Assembly: GCF_006345805.1 (NCBI RefSeq)
Contig: NC_042999.1
Span: 18,848,001-18,912,000 of the forward strand
DNA: 64,000 nt
Source: Octopus sinensis
Taxonomy: Eukaryota
Direction of reading: 5' to 3'
Numbering within the stretch: the first letter of the stretch is position 1; each line of letters begins with the position of its first letter. This document shows, in pieces, positions 13,874 through 26,123 of this stretch. A program made the translations under genes and the position numbers. The notes below the pieces were generated by a model that saw nothing but the letters and a program-made list of their open reading frames with translations, was not told the DNA's origin and searched no databases.

Positions 13874-14184
13874 TGGAGGCACATGGACTGGTGGTTAGAG
13901 CAGCTGACTCGCGGTCCAGGGATCGCGGGTTCGAATCTCAGATCAGGCAGTGTGTGTGTTTATGAGCGAAACACCTAAGCTCCATGCGGCTCCGGCAGAC
14001 GTTAATGGCGAACATCTGCTGACTCTTTTGCCACAATTTTCTCTCACTCTTTCCTCCTGCATCTTCCAGCCCACTTGCAATGGACCGGCGTCCCGTCCAG
14101 GTGAGGAACCTATACGCGAAGGAAACCGGGAAACCGGCCCATATGAGCCAGGCATGCCTCGAGAAGGAACAAACAAACAATAAA
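13874..14184 (+). mobile_element. tRNA-derived SINE family C with 11-bp TSD
   Basis: Pol III A/B-box-like head (tggactggtggttagagc...gggttcgaatctc), (ACAA)n tail, TSD acatgtataca at 13860-13870 and 14185-14195. Confidence 0.9.
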
Positions 14185-15522
14185 ACATGTATACATGGGT
14201 TCCGGTATTTAGAAGAAGATATTGACGCATGCAGTTTAGTGATATAGACCTGAGAAGACTGTTCTGCATCAGTTTCAAGTTACGCAGATGGTTTAAATAA
14301 CGGAATAAAATTGTGTCCTACCAATCTCTCATAAACAGGCGTGCGGAAACAATGCAGCAGTTGTGCTAAGTAACAACAACTTGATTTTAGAGTATCCTCA
14401 ACTCAATTTATCGCTTATCAACAAATAGCAGTCCAATTACAATCTTATTTATTTTATTAAAATTTTATCGACTTCAGCAATTAGCTCTTAGACACTCAAA
14501 TACAGTAATAGACAGATTTATCCTATCTGCATTAAGATCCAAGTATCAGAAAATCGCCTTATATTAAAGGTAAGCCTGAAACTAAGTTACAAATATATTT
14601 CTGCTATATTAAATATTTATGCAAATATGAATAGGAAAGATGAAAATCATCTTACCATCTTTTGCTCACTTTCTTCACTTTCTGTAAGAAAGATGAAAAC
14701 GTCTATAAAGAAAAACGTGTTAAACATGTGGAAAGTTTTATAATTATAATTGTTCAGAACATAAATTAATACAGATGCAATTATCGATGTAAGTATTAGT
14801 TTAACTGAGACAAGACGTAATTGGAAAAAATATGATGGCAATTAATAAGAATAGTATCAAAATGTCCATTAAATTTACTTCATGTGTGTGTAATTATCGA
14901 ATATATGTATGCATGTACGTATTAAGCGAATACATTGCCAATGTGATTTTAAATATATGTGCAAATGTAACTGTCAGAGCCTGTGTCTCTACATCATTAT
15001 ATCAATGTACCTAACGCTATCTGTTTCAGTCTATCTAGCTACAAATTATACAAGAGGCCATTTACAAAGTTAAGCCACTTTAGATTAATATCTTTACGGA
15101 TTTATCTCTTATCTTCTTAATGCTACAGAAGCCAGCGCTAAGCACCAGCTAGTCCAACGCGTCATACTGTCTCCGAAAATGCTTCACCCTCGCTTCTCTC
15201 CCATCCATATTTATATCAATTGACCAAGAATACATTTCATTGTAATATTCGATTTTTCCCCTATAACAGTAAATAGAATAATCGTTAGAGCATCGAAAGG
15301 AATTATGTTGCGGTATTTCTTACCTCGTTCTGTTATAGGTTCAATCACACCTTTACTAAATTTCTCTTTTAAGGAATGCATCAATGAATTACTCGATTGA
15401 ATACTCTTTAAATCACTTCCCGTTCAAACAAAACTGGTTTTTAACTAAACTGGAGGCAACTATAACAATTTTGCATTTCCTCAACTACTACTGCTGTTGC
15501 AGTAGAAAATGTGTGAAGGTCT

Positions 15523-15755
15523 ATATTTCTTTATTATCCACAAGGGGCTAAACACAGAGGGGACAAACAAGGACAGACAAACGGATTAAGTCGATTACAT
15601 CGACCTCAGTGCGTAACTGGTACTTAATTTATCGACCCCGAAAGGATGAAAGGCAAAGTCAACCTCGGCGAAATTTGAACTCAGAACGTAACGGCAGACG
15701 GAATACGGATACGCATTTCGCCCGGCGTGCTAACGTTTCTGCCAGCTCGCCGCCC
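15523..15755 (-). mobile_element. tRNA-derived SINE family A, full length
   Basis: Reverse complement ggcggcgagctggcagaaacgttagcacgccgggcgaaatgc...gagttcaaatttcgcc...gcctttcatcctttcggggtcgataaa; many near-identical copies in window. Confidence 0.92.
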
Positions 15756-16699
15756 TTAACTGTGTGATGGTTTAGTCTATTAATTAAATATCAGGACTTC
15801 TCAGAATTTGGTTTACAAGATTCTTGCTGGTAACTCATATTTTTGAATCATATTCTGTTCATCGTAGGTAGGCAATTATGCCAATAATAAATATATGCGC
15901 TCATTCTTTTTTCTCTTCTTATTGTTTGTCACTTAGTTGGCTAGTTTACCAATTAACTGATCGATTCTTTGATTAGCCCTTCGGTTAATCAAGCCATCAG
16001 TTATGTTTCTCTCATTCCTTTCTTTACGATTCACAACCACATCAATGTCATGTACTAATTCAGATCTGCTGCAGATCTCTATGTCATGACGCATAAACAA
16101 TAGAGTGAAATACTATGTGAGTGTTTATTATCGAGAAAGAAACCGACTTAAATCCCAAAATTCAAATAAGTAGTTGTCTGTTCTTTCTCGTTTTTAGCTG
16201 TTTCGAAAATGTTGTCCTTTGTGGCATTCGACCTCAGAACGTAAATGGGCAGTAACTATATGCTTACATCATTTCTCTTCATCTCCTACTATTTCTATAA
16301 AAGACAAACAGTGAAAACCTACAATGACGTAGGTTTAGAAATTTTAAGGGAGAGAAAACATTTATTAAATCGACCAGAGTCGATAAGTACTGCTGTATTT
16401 TAACGAACCCAGAAGAAGAAAATTTATAGTTGACTTCGGCAGGCTTTTAAGGGAAAATCCTGTACAGTAACTCAGACACATGGGATGAAGGGAAGTTTTG
16501 TTTTCTCTGCCACATTTTGATTTATAATTGGATGATTATTCTTATAATGACTCCCCCTTCAGAATTTGAACGTTTGAGGGCGTTAAGGCTTTACACCATT
16601 CGTATCTCTATTTCTGAAAAGTGTACGCTTTGTATTAATTCTTGTTTTTCTTTTATCATTATATTAGTATTGCTTCTATAATCAATCTATTTCTGTGGA

Positions 16700-17700
16700 G
16701 AAATATATAATGCATGTAAGAAATTTCGGTTTTATATTGCTCTACTGGCTTTGATCTGCTGCGTGGAGTAACGCGTTAGCTACTTCCTTTGTATGTTTGC
16801 CGAGCCTATGAGAATATATTGTACTTATGTGGTCAACGTAACAGCTGGATTCATAAAGTTTACACATTCCACTTTAGCAGGGAATTTCATAAATCATATT
16901 CCTTCTGCTTTGTTTTTTCTCCCATTTACGTGCTTCTGGTTTATTGCTAAAAAGGAAGTTGTCGATCATATTATTTTTGCAATCTATTATAAGGGTCGAC
17001 TTCTGGTACGTCGTGATTCATATTCTATTTCCTTTTATGTGACTTTTCATTAACTGTTATTCCGTACTGTACCGGATATGTATTTGATAAATATACAATT
17101 CGTTATTTGTAAAATGTGTATACATTTTAGGACTACTGTTTAATGCATTATATTTCAGTTTATTTTTACCAACAGACCCGTCTAATAGTATGGTATTTAT
17201 TATTTACTGTGGTTTATTTCATGATCCTTCTTTGTAAAAGAACGCAAATACTCTCCAAACAGTGGGTCACCAACAGGCTTTTTTATGTTATGTCGGTATT
17301 TCAAATTTCAATGGAGGTCTATGTATTTTTTCCTGTTTATGTAACCTCAAGGAATATACCTATAGTTTATAGCTGATTCTTTATATCTAGAAATGATGTG
17401 AAATTAGTATTGTTTTCTGTGTTATATGTTAGTTCTGACACGTTCTTTAGGTCTCAACGATTTCTGATTTGTACACTCCAACTAACATATTGTATATGTA
17501 TTTGGAATCCATTTTGCTTTTCTTCAGTTTTTGGTATTACTTGCTTTATAGATTCTGATCCACGTTTCACTTACGGGTGAAACAATAGCTACTCCAGTTT
17601 GTATTTGGATATATAGCTTTCCTTTTGGCCAGTGTACGAGAATTCTAATAGCGCAGTCTAATTATAGTTATAATTTGAATAATTTCTCTTGCACAAGGGC
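16700..17700 (-). pseudogene. Heavily decayed Penelope-like RT/GIY-YIG remnant
   Basis: Minus-strand patches in PLE order: GKLYIQIQTGVAIVSP (~17575-17622, cf. Y.Q..GVAMGSP), SFLDI (~17380-17397), MIYEIPC...CYVDHISTIYSHRLGKH (~16793-16900); many stops and shifts. Confidence 0.55.
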
Positions 17701-18619
17701 TTTTTTTCTAAGGAGTTTTCGAACGTTATTTTAGAAAATATCTATTATTTCTGTTGAAATAACTACCAAGGGTTTTCTAGACAAGTTTTCTTTAAACAAT
17801 TATACGAAAAAGTATGTAGAATTGATTTCATTCCTGGACTATTTTGAAAATCACCCTGTATTTTTCCTCCGAGATTCCGTTCTTCAAGCAATTGATTATA
17901 AAAACATTTAATATATTTGGATTTCTCAATTGCTACTGGAATTATGACGATCGATTACAAGGAATATAGATAATTAACAGTAACACGGATTGTCAACGGA
18001 GAAAGTGAACCTGTAAGAATAGCATCTATATGGCAAAAGATATGGATGCGTAGTATTATATCATTGCTTTAATTTTGTGGATTTAGCTTTCTTGGTGGAT
18101 AGATGAATGTTGCAGCAGTATACGCGGATTGTATTTAATAATCTTTGGGTGGGAATACTAAATGACACAATGTTATATGAATAATGTAGTTGATTAACTT
18201 TATTTAATTAATTCTAATTAATACATTGTAAACACTCTCTGCATCGATATCATATATTTCAAAAGTGAAAATATGTGATTTTCAGGGATAACTAAAAGAA
18301 ACAAGGAATGTTAAAATATAAATTTGTGATACGAAAATTGGAATCGAGGCAGAATATAAAGAGATGCTGGAAATAAGAATCGCTTGGATGAAGAAGGAAA
18401 ATGAATCAGATCTGAAGGAAAATGACTGAGAGTACAAAAGAAAGAAGAAACTAATTGAGAATCTAAGATTATGCGTTCGAGCATAAGAAATAAAGTATAC
18501 CGTCATGAAAGACATAATGTAGGTGAGCCACAGGTTAAATACATAAAACCCAGAGAAATTTTAGTAATGATATCAACAATCATTTCTATTATAGGCACAT
18601 GGCCTGAAATTTTAGGGAA

Positions 18620-18920
18620 AGGGGCCAGTCGATCGTATCGACGCCAGTGCGTTACTGGGTCTTATTTCAACGACCCCGAAAGGAAGAAAGGTTAAGTAAA
18701 CCTCGGCGGAATTTGAACTCAGAAATTAGCGGGAGACGAAATGCCGTATAGCATTTTAACCGGCGTGCTCACGATTTTACCAGCTCGTCATCTTTGTGAT
18801 ATTAATAGTTTTAAATTTTTACCACAAGGACAGCTTCGGGGAGGAGATTATGTCCGTTACATCGACCCCGGTGTGTGACTGGTACATATTTAATCGACAC
18901 TAAAAGGAAGAAAGCTCGCT
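18620..18920 (-). mobile_element. SINE family A, diverged copy plus fragment
   Basis: cgaccccgaaagga...cctcggcggaatttgaactcagaa...cggcgtgctcacgatt. Confidence 0.8.
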
Positions 18921-19338
18921 GCCTTTGTAATGATAGTAATACTACTATTCAAATGAAACCCGATGAAGTAAATACCAGTCGATTTCTGCGGTCGATGTAA
19001 TACCGACAAATGATCTCCCACAAAAGCTTAGGCCTTGTGATATTACTAGGACGGATATTCATAACACGGTTATGAATGGAAAGAACCTGAGAGAGAGAGA
19101 TGGGAGAGAAAGAAAGAGAGAGAGAGAGAGAAGAGAAAGAGAAACAGAAATTGAGTGACCGAGAGGGGGAGAAACATGTGTATGTGCGTAAATATTCATT
19201 TATATGAAGGTTTACAGGTGTTAATATTCTGCGCAAACCCAGAGACACATATTTATATGCGCACACATACATACACCCATATACATAAACATATAATCAC
19301 ACATATTCATATATACTCATATATGTGCATGTATAAAA

Positions 19339-19339
<1 letters not shown>

Positions 19340-19375
<36 letters not shown>

Positions 19376-19399
19376 TAAATAGGAGACAGACAGACAGAC

Positions 19400-19478
<79 letters not shown>

Positions 19479-19490
19479 AAGATAGACAGA
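19340..19490. repeat. (GATA)n/(GACA)n microsatellite
   Basis: Direct reading. Confidence 0.95.
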
Positions 19491-20487
19491 CATTAATTTA
19501 TAGGGGTACGCCTGTTAGAACAGCTATAATGTTTACAGCAGAACGAACGTTTAAATCAATTAAGAAAATTTTCCATTTTCCTTAATTAATATATATATGT
19601 GTGTGTGTGTATGAAAGAGAGCTGACAAAAATTTTAAGCACGCTGGGCGAAATGCTTTACAGCATTTCGTCATCCGTATTTAAATTCTGACCCAGCTAAC
19701 CTGTTATATATAGGGATGGTATTATTAAAACGCCATCACAAGGTTAGCTAAGTTAGAATTTAAAATAACCGTCCAAGGGATAGAAGATTCCCTCATACTA
19801 CCGGTATATTGCCGATATTTAACCATAGGCATACATGTACAAACATAATATGCTCATAATATTGGAAGCAGAAACAGCTGATAGATAGGATGCAGTCCAT
19901 TTGTATTGAGTTAATAAATAATTGCTGTAAGTCAATTGTTGTTCATCACTATTTCTCCGATATTCTGTTTTCTTTAAATTATAAAATATATGTATATATA
20001 TATATATATATACGCACACACATTTCTCTTATTTGCTTTGTATATATAAATATATATAGAAAGTAAGAAAGACATTGACGTAATGCTCATATACAGTTAA
20101 ACCAATCATCCTGGTATTAAGTGCAATCATTCAGCAGATTTTAAAACTGTCTGATGCTACACCTTATAAGATATGATGATTTCTCAGACGTCTGGGATAT
20201 ATCTAGCAGTATTTTTCTGTCTGGCCAATGAAGCATCAGCCGAAATACTTCGTACTCAAATTAACAGTCATCAATCATAGTGCTTTCTTAATATCCTGTT
20301 TATTCCCATCTGGCCTAACTGACCTGCAAGATATTATGTTTCAACGTACCTTAATTTGAATAAACGAATAAAATTATATAAAAGTGTTATATCCAGGAGA
20401 AAATGAAACAAACATAGACAAACACATTATAAGGTTTGTTTTCGATAAATGCCCGAATATATATGTGTGTGTGTGTGCTAGATACCT

Positions 20488-20528
<41 letters not shown>

Positions 20529-20589
20529 TACCTACATGTACATGTATATGTTTATATATGTGAGTGTATATAAATATGTGTGTGTTTAT

Positions 20590-20625
<36 letters not shown>

Positions 20626-21184
20626 CAAACACACACATATTTATATACACTCACATATAAAAACATATACATGTACATGTAGGTATTTATACATATGTAC
20701 ATATGTGTGCGCATATACATCTATTGGACTGTCAATCTATCTATCAATCTGTCTGCCTGTCTGTCTCTCTCTCTAGTAATGTGTATTATGGAGGAATGTA
20801 CGTATATTAGCATAATTATCTTTGTATATCAATCTTTCTATCTATATACAAGTCTATGTATATCGACATTTATTTACACATATTATTTACATAATATAAA
20901 TTTGTAAATGTGATTTGTATGTGTGCATGGTGTTCCGATACGGATACATTATTTCTCAAAGATAGATTAAATGAGATGAAACGGGGTCATTGAGATTTTG
21001 TTGAAGAACTCTCTATTCAGACAGTTCTTTCTATGATCTATTTTATGAATCAAACATCTATTCATCATTCTCATTCACACTATTTATATTATGCTTTCAT
21101 TCAGCCTCTAAGGTTTTTCAAGACGATCATTTGAATATGAAGAAAGTAATACAGCTACGGATATCGTTTTTCTTATTTATCCTT

Positions 21185-21384
21185 CTTCTTGTTTCAGTCC
21201 TGTGTCTGCGGCCATGCTGGGGCACCGCCTTAAGTCTAATGAATCGAACTCTGTATTTATTATTTAAAAATTTTTTTTTAAGTTAGTACTTATTCTTTCA
21301 GTCTCTTTCGCCGAACCACCAAACGGTGGTGGAGGACAAACACAAGCAGAAACATACGAACACAAGCACATACATATATACATT

Positions 21385-21476
<92 letters not shown>

Positions 21477-21700
21477 CTCTTTATTCTTTTACTTGTTTCA
21501 GTCATTTGACTGCGGCCATGCTGGAGCACCGCCTTTTAGTTGAGCAAATCGACCCCGGGACTTATTCTTTGTAAGCCCAGTACTGATTCTATCATTCTGT
21601 TTTGCCGAACCGCTAAGTGACAGGGACGTAAACACACAAGCATCGGTTGTTAAGCAATGCTAGGGGGACAAACACAGACACACAAACACACACATATATA
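21185..21700 (-). mobile_element. SINE family B 3' halves (two copies) separated by (TA)n
   Basis: ttgtttcagtc...gcggccatgctgg.gcaccgcctt at 21189 and 21493; matches the 3' half of full copies at 58347 and 60714. Confidence 0.85.
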
Positions 21701-21799
21701 TATACATATATACATACCTACATATATATGCATACATACCCACATATATGCATACATTCATACATATAAATATAATACGTTAAGTAATTTTTAGATGTC

Positions 21800-22290
21800 T
21801 GTTTTCCGGAACAGCTTCATGTATAGGTGAAATCTCAACGGCATTGTACATCATCAAGATAAAATTTGTGGCTTAAGAAAATTTGGAGGACGGGAAACGA
21901 TCTGAATATTGGGAAAAAAACCCATCCGTGTTGTGATGTCATGCGCCCATTATGAAAATGCCAACATCAAGTCTGCTGCTCAGTACTGTGTGAACACTAT
22001 AAAGTCCTAATTTGTACTTCATGAAATCGAAGTCCTCCAAACAACCTTAGTCTTTAGGTGTGTCTCTAGTGAGGGCGACGTTGTTGCTCAATACCTTTGA
22101 ACAACACCTTAAGCTCAATTCAAACACCTATGTGAGGCTGGTATAGACAGAAGTGAAACTCTGGCTGGAAAGAATTGCGCTTGGAAGGCCATATATGTGA
22201 CAACAGAATTCGATGCCTTGCTGTAATTTCGGAAAGAGTCAGAAGTGTTTGTCGATATCGAGGCATAGAACTGACACAACACTTTGGCAG
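21800..22290 (+). pseudogene. Very decayed RTE-like LINE 3' remnant
   Basis: Patches such as CEAGIDRSETLAGKNCAWK and QKCLSISRHRT loosely resemble the RTE C-terminus seen more clearly at 46860-47180. Confidence 0.35.
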
Positions 22291-23221
22291 ACCACAGAGG
22301 CTACGCACATAGCAGTAGACAGACCGAGCCTTAATAGAATTCCTGAACGGAACAGTAATACCCACCACGACACTACATGGCTAAAGACAGAAGGAAAAAG
22401 AAGAGAGAGGGAAAAATCGTAAATCTACACATACACATACAGGGAAATACACACACAATAGACATATATGAACTTACCTATGATCCATATGAGATATAGA
22501 GATCGATATATAAAAATAAAAATGAAACCAATAAATAAATAAACAGATAAATAGATAAATATATGTGTCTCATAACTGTGATAAATATAAGAAATAGATA
22601 TAGATATAATATAAATAACAAATAAATAAATCCATATGAAGGGCATGGATAAAACGATATACGAAGCGAACCCATACACACACACAAGAAATTTCAAGGA
22701 CGGCCACAACAATATCAGTAACAAGAATAACAACGACAACAGCAAAGGCGATGACAACGATGGCAATAACAAGATGGGAACACCGTGGATGAACTCACAA
22801 ACACAGAGAGATACGTAAACTGTATCAAGTGTTCGGGTATTAGGACATCAGCAGCACAATGGGATAAAAGGATGGGGCTGAAGGGAAGGCCATACCGCTG
22901 GTAAGAACAATGACATACACATGCACACACATACATATACACACAAACATAGACGCAAACGCGTGGATACATACAGATACACATCTTAAAAGAAAACAGT
23001 GGAGTAATTGGAGCAAGAGCACACAAAACAAACGAACGGTTTTGCTGAAGACGTCACAGATGCCTGATGAAAGATTACCAGACAATGGACATGAGCTAGA
23101 ACAAAAATAAAATAAGAACAGTAATAAACCAGTGAAGAACAAATATCTGGTGCGTGTGTTTATTTGGCAAAAAAATAATGACCGTCCCGCAATACAACAA
23201 AACATATATTTTCGTGAATCT

Positions 23222-23416
23222 CTTTTACTCCTTTACTTTGTCACCTGTTTCAGTCATTTGACTGCGGCCATGCTGAAGCACAGCCTTTACTCGACCAAAT
23301 CGACACCAGGACTTATTTTTTGTGAGCCTAATACCTATTCTATCGGGGACGTAAACACACCAGCGGTTGTCAAGCGATGTTGGGGAGGGGGGAAAAACAG
23401 ACACACAAACACATAT

Positions 23417-23465
<49 letters not shown>

Positions 23466-23641
23466 TACACACATTTACGACGGCCTTCTTTCAGTTTCCG
23501 TCTACCAAATCCATTAATAAAGCTTTGGTCGACCCGAGGCTATAGTAGAAGACAGTTGCCCAAGGTGCCCCGCAGTGGGACTGAACCCAGAACCATGTGG
23601 TTAGTAGGCAATCTACTTACCACAAAGCCACTCATGCGCCT
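23222..23641 (-). mobile_element. tRNA-derived SINE family B, full length with internal (TA)/(CA) array
   Basis: Reverse complement aggcgcatgagtggctttgtggtaagtag...gggttcagtcccactgcg; tail gtaaaggagtaaaag. Confidence 0.9.
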
Positions 23642-23904
23642 ATATATAATATAGTTAAATATATATTTTCATGTTAATATTTCATATGCAATTTACATAA
23701 ATTTTGACGCAAAATTTCTGAATAACTATTGTATAAATAAAACGAATTATTTTTATTTTCTCTTTTTTTTTTTGGCAGGTTCGTCTCTCAAGAACTTGTA
23801 TATATTCATCAATCTCATCTTTCATCCATAGATACAGATCACTGTTCTCATTTGCATATTTATGGAGACACATATAGAGGTTAATATTGTTTTATGAAAA
23901 TTCA

Positions 23905-24112
23905 TTTTGTCGGTGATACGCTTGTCGGTGATACGCAGCGCAGCCAGCGCTTCCTCGGCCTCGGTGCACCATGCGCCGCAGGCCCCTATAGGACAGCCGA
24001 ACACTCTTACCGGAACATCCAACTCACTACGGAGGAGCGGGATCAGCGGCCGGTACTTCCTCTCGTTTTCTCGCGCGGCGTCACGCAGCGCTGTGCCTTG
24101 TTCGTACCTTGT
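23905..24112 (-). pseudogene. R2-like non-LTR retrotransposon restriction-like endonuclease fragment
   Basis: GC-rich island translating RYEQGTALRDAARENERKYRPLIPLLRSELDVPVRVFGCPIGACGAWCTEAEEALAALRI, matching the R2 RYE...AA.EK..KY...FG.P.GARG.W pattern. Confidence 0.75.
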
Positions 24113-24315
24113 GTTTAGTAACTTTCCCATAGAAACGCTTGCGTTGAAACATACACTTTGCGTCCATTCTCCATATTTCTTTGTAAAGTTTTCAAGAGCC
24201 TTCGTTCGTTTTAATAACGTTGTTCCCAATTTGTATCTATATCAATTTAAATATCTCACTACCCTGGCGTATTCTTTTCTTTTTCCCTGCCAAGTATAAA
24301 CCTTTCCGCGTATAT

Positions 24316-24549
24316 ACCTATTTCTTTACTACCCACAAGGTGCTAAACATAGAGGGGACTAGCAAGGGCAGACAAACGGATTAAGTCGATTACATCGACC
24401 CCAGTGCGTGACTGGTACTTAATTTATCGACCCCGAAATGATGAAAGGCAAATTCGACCTCGGCGGAATTTGAACTCAGAACGTAACGGCAGACGAAATA
24501 CGGCTACGCATTTCGCCCGGCGTGCTAACGATTCTGCCAGCTCGCCGCC
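24316..24549 (-). mobile_element. SINE family A, full length
   Basis: Near-identical to 15523-15755; TSD-like ta(t/c)ataccta on both sides. Confidence 0.92.
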
Positions 24550-24886
24550 TTACATACCTACATCTATACATGCATATATGTACTTAAATATGTGCGTGTG
24601 TGTGTGCACGTGTATGTGTGTAAGTATATGTTGAATACAATCATAAGTAACTGATTCTCCTATAATTTCTTTTAACCAAAGCCAGGAACTTTTCAGCACA
24701 CCCCCGTATGCCGAGCCATTGTTTCTATGTTAGAAACAAAATTCATGGTGAGATGATAAATTAGCTGTCTGTGAAACAATCTAGAAATCACATTGCCTCC
24801 AACAATAGCTGCATTATTGCAACCTCGGTTTGCTTTCTAATATATTATATTGAATTATACAATTACACATTGTATGTATTGAAGGT

Positions 24887-25123
24887 AGAGGCACGTGGCT
24901 TAGTGTTTAGGGTGTCAGCATCCTGATCGTAAGGTTGTGGTTTCGATTTCTGGACCGCATTGTGTTCTTGAGCAAAACACTTCATTTCACGTTGCTCCAG
25001 TCCACTCAGATGGCAAATATGAGTAACGCTGCGATGGACTGGCGTCCCGCCCATCTGGGGAACACATACGCCATTGAAACCGGGAAACCGGGCCCATGAG
25101 CCTAGCTAGGCTTTAAAAAGGCG
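24887..25123 (+). mobile_element. tRNA-derived SINE (family C-related head)
   Basis: gaggcacgtggcttagtgtttagggtg...ggtttcgatttc; tail gaaaccgggaaaccgggcccatgagcc shared with 31627. Confidence 0.85.
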
Positions 25124-25240
25124 TGACAAGACAATATATATACAAGTGTATATTGAATTATGCACTTATACCCATAATTGTATAATTCAACAATTTAAAC
25201 AAACACCCTCTCAATATGCAATGCCAAGTGTTTCTTTAAA

Positions 25241-26123
25241 TTGCCGTGCTGCACATATCTCCCTACAGCGGAATATGCCATGGGGGTTAGACCAGCACCT
25301 TAGCCCAGTTGATATTAATCTGTCGTCTACCATTTAAAAGCTTGAATTGGACTCTTTCTCTATAGATCCATATCATTTGAAAATTCTTCCATTTTTTTCC
25401 GAAACTTTCGGACATATGGACTAATATCCTATTTATCATAACATAATTGAAGGTGGCTGATGCAGTATGTAATTATTTTGCCAGTTGTGTGACCTCGGAT
25501 CGTCTTGCTCCTTTACATTCACTTGTACGATCAATTAAACCGTTTACTCGCTAAGATATAATTATGCTATATTAAGCTGCGTTTGTAATCGTATATCAGG
25601 CTCGATGTGTCGTTTACAGTAAATTGTTGCACGAATAAATTAACGAATTACCATCAATTCAGATTATAGCAGAAAATAAGAGTAGAACAGTAGAGTTTTA
25701 GTAAAGAGAGAAGAGAGGTAATAGTAGGCAACAGGAAGTCGTTGTCGATGGACTATAGATACATGCAAGACAATGTACAGACGATACATATACTTCTATT
25801 GTTGCTACTATTGTTGCCTATAAACTTCGGAATTTCGCAGTTCGAACGCGTTATGTTGCATTTCTGACGACGTTGTATGTTCTGCGACTGTAACAATGCG
25901 TTGCCATGTTGCACATATCTCCCTACATCGGAATATGCCACGGGGGTTAGACTAGCACTTTGGCCAATTGGATATTAAACTCTTATCTACCACTTAAAAG
26001 CTTGAATTGGACTCTTTCTCTTTAGATCCATATCATTTGAACAGATTTCGATTTTTTCCGGAACTTTTAGATATATGGACTGATATCCTATTTATCATAA
26101 CATAATTGAAGGTGGCTGATGCA
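25241..26123. repeat. A-B-A' structure: ~223-bp direct repeats (25241-25464, 25901-26123) flanking a ~435-bp segment
   Basis: ttgcc.tg.tgcacatatctccctaca...gaaggtggctgatgca occurs twice, 660 bp apart, roughly 85-90% identical by eye. Confidence 0.9.

Noticed and set aside
13874-13945. tRNA-like sequences at SINE heads
   Set aside because: Continue into SINE bodies with tails and TSDs; not stand-alone tRNA genes.
23064-23075. CTGATGA box
   Set aside because: No stem II plus GAAA arrangement downstream; chance match.
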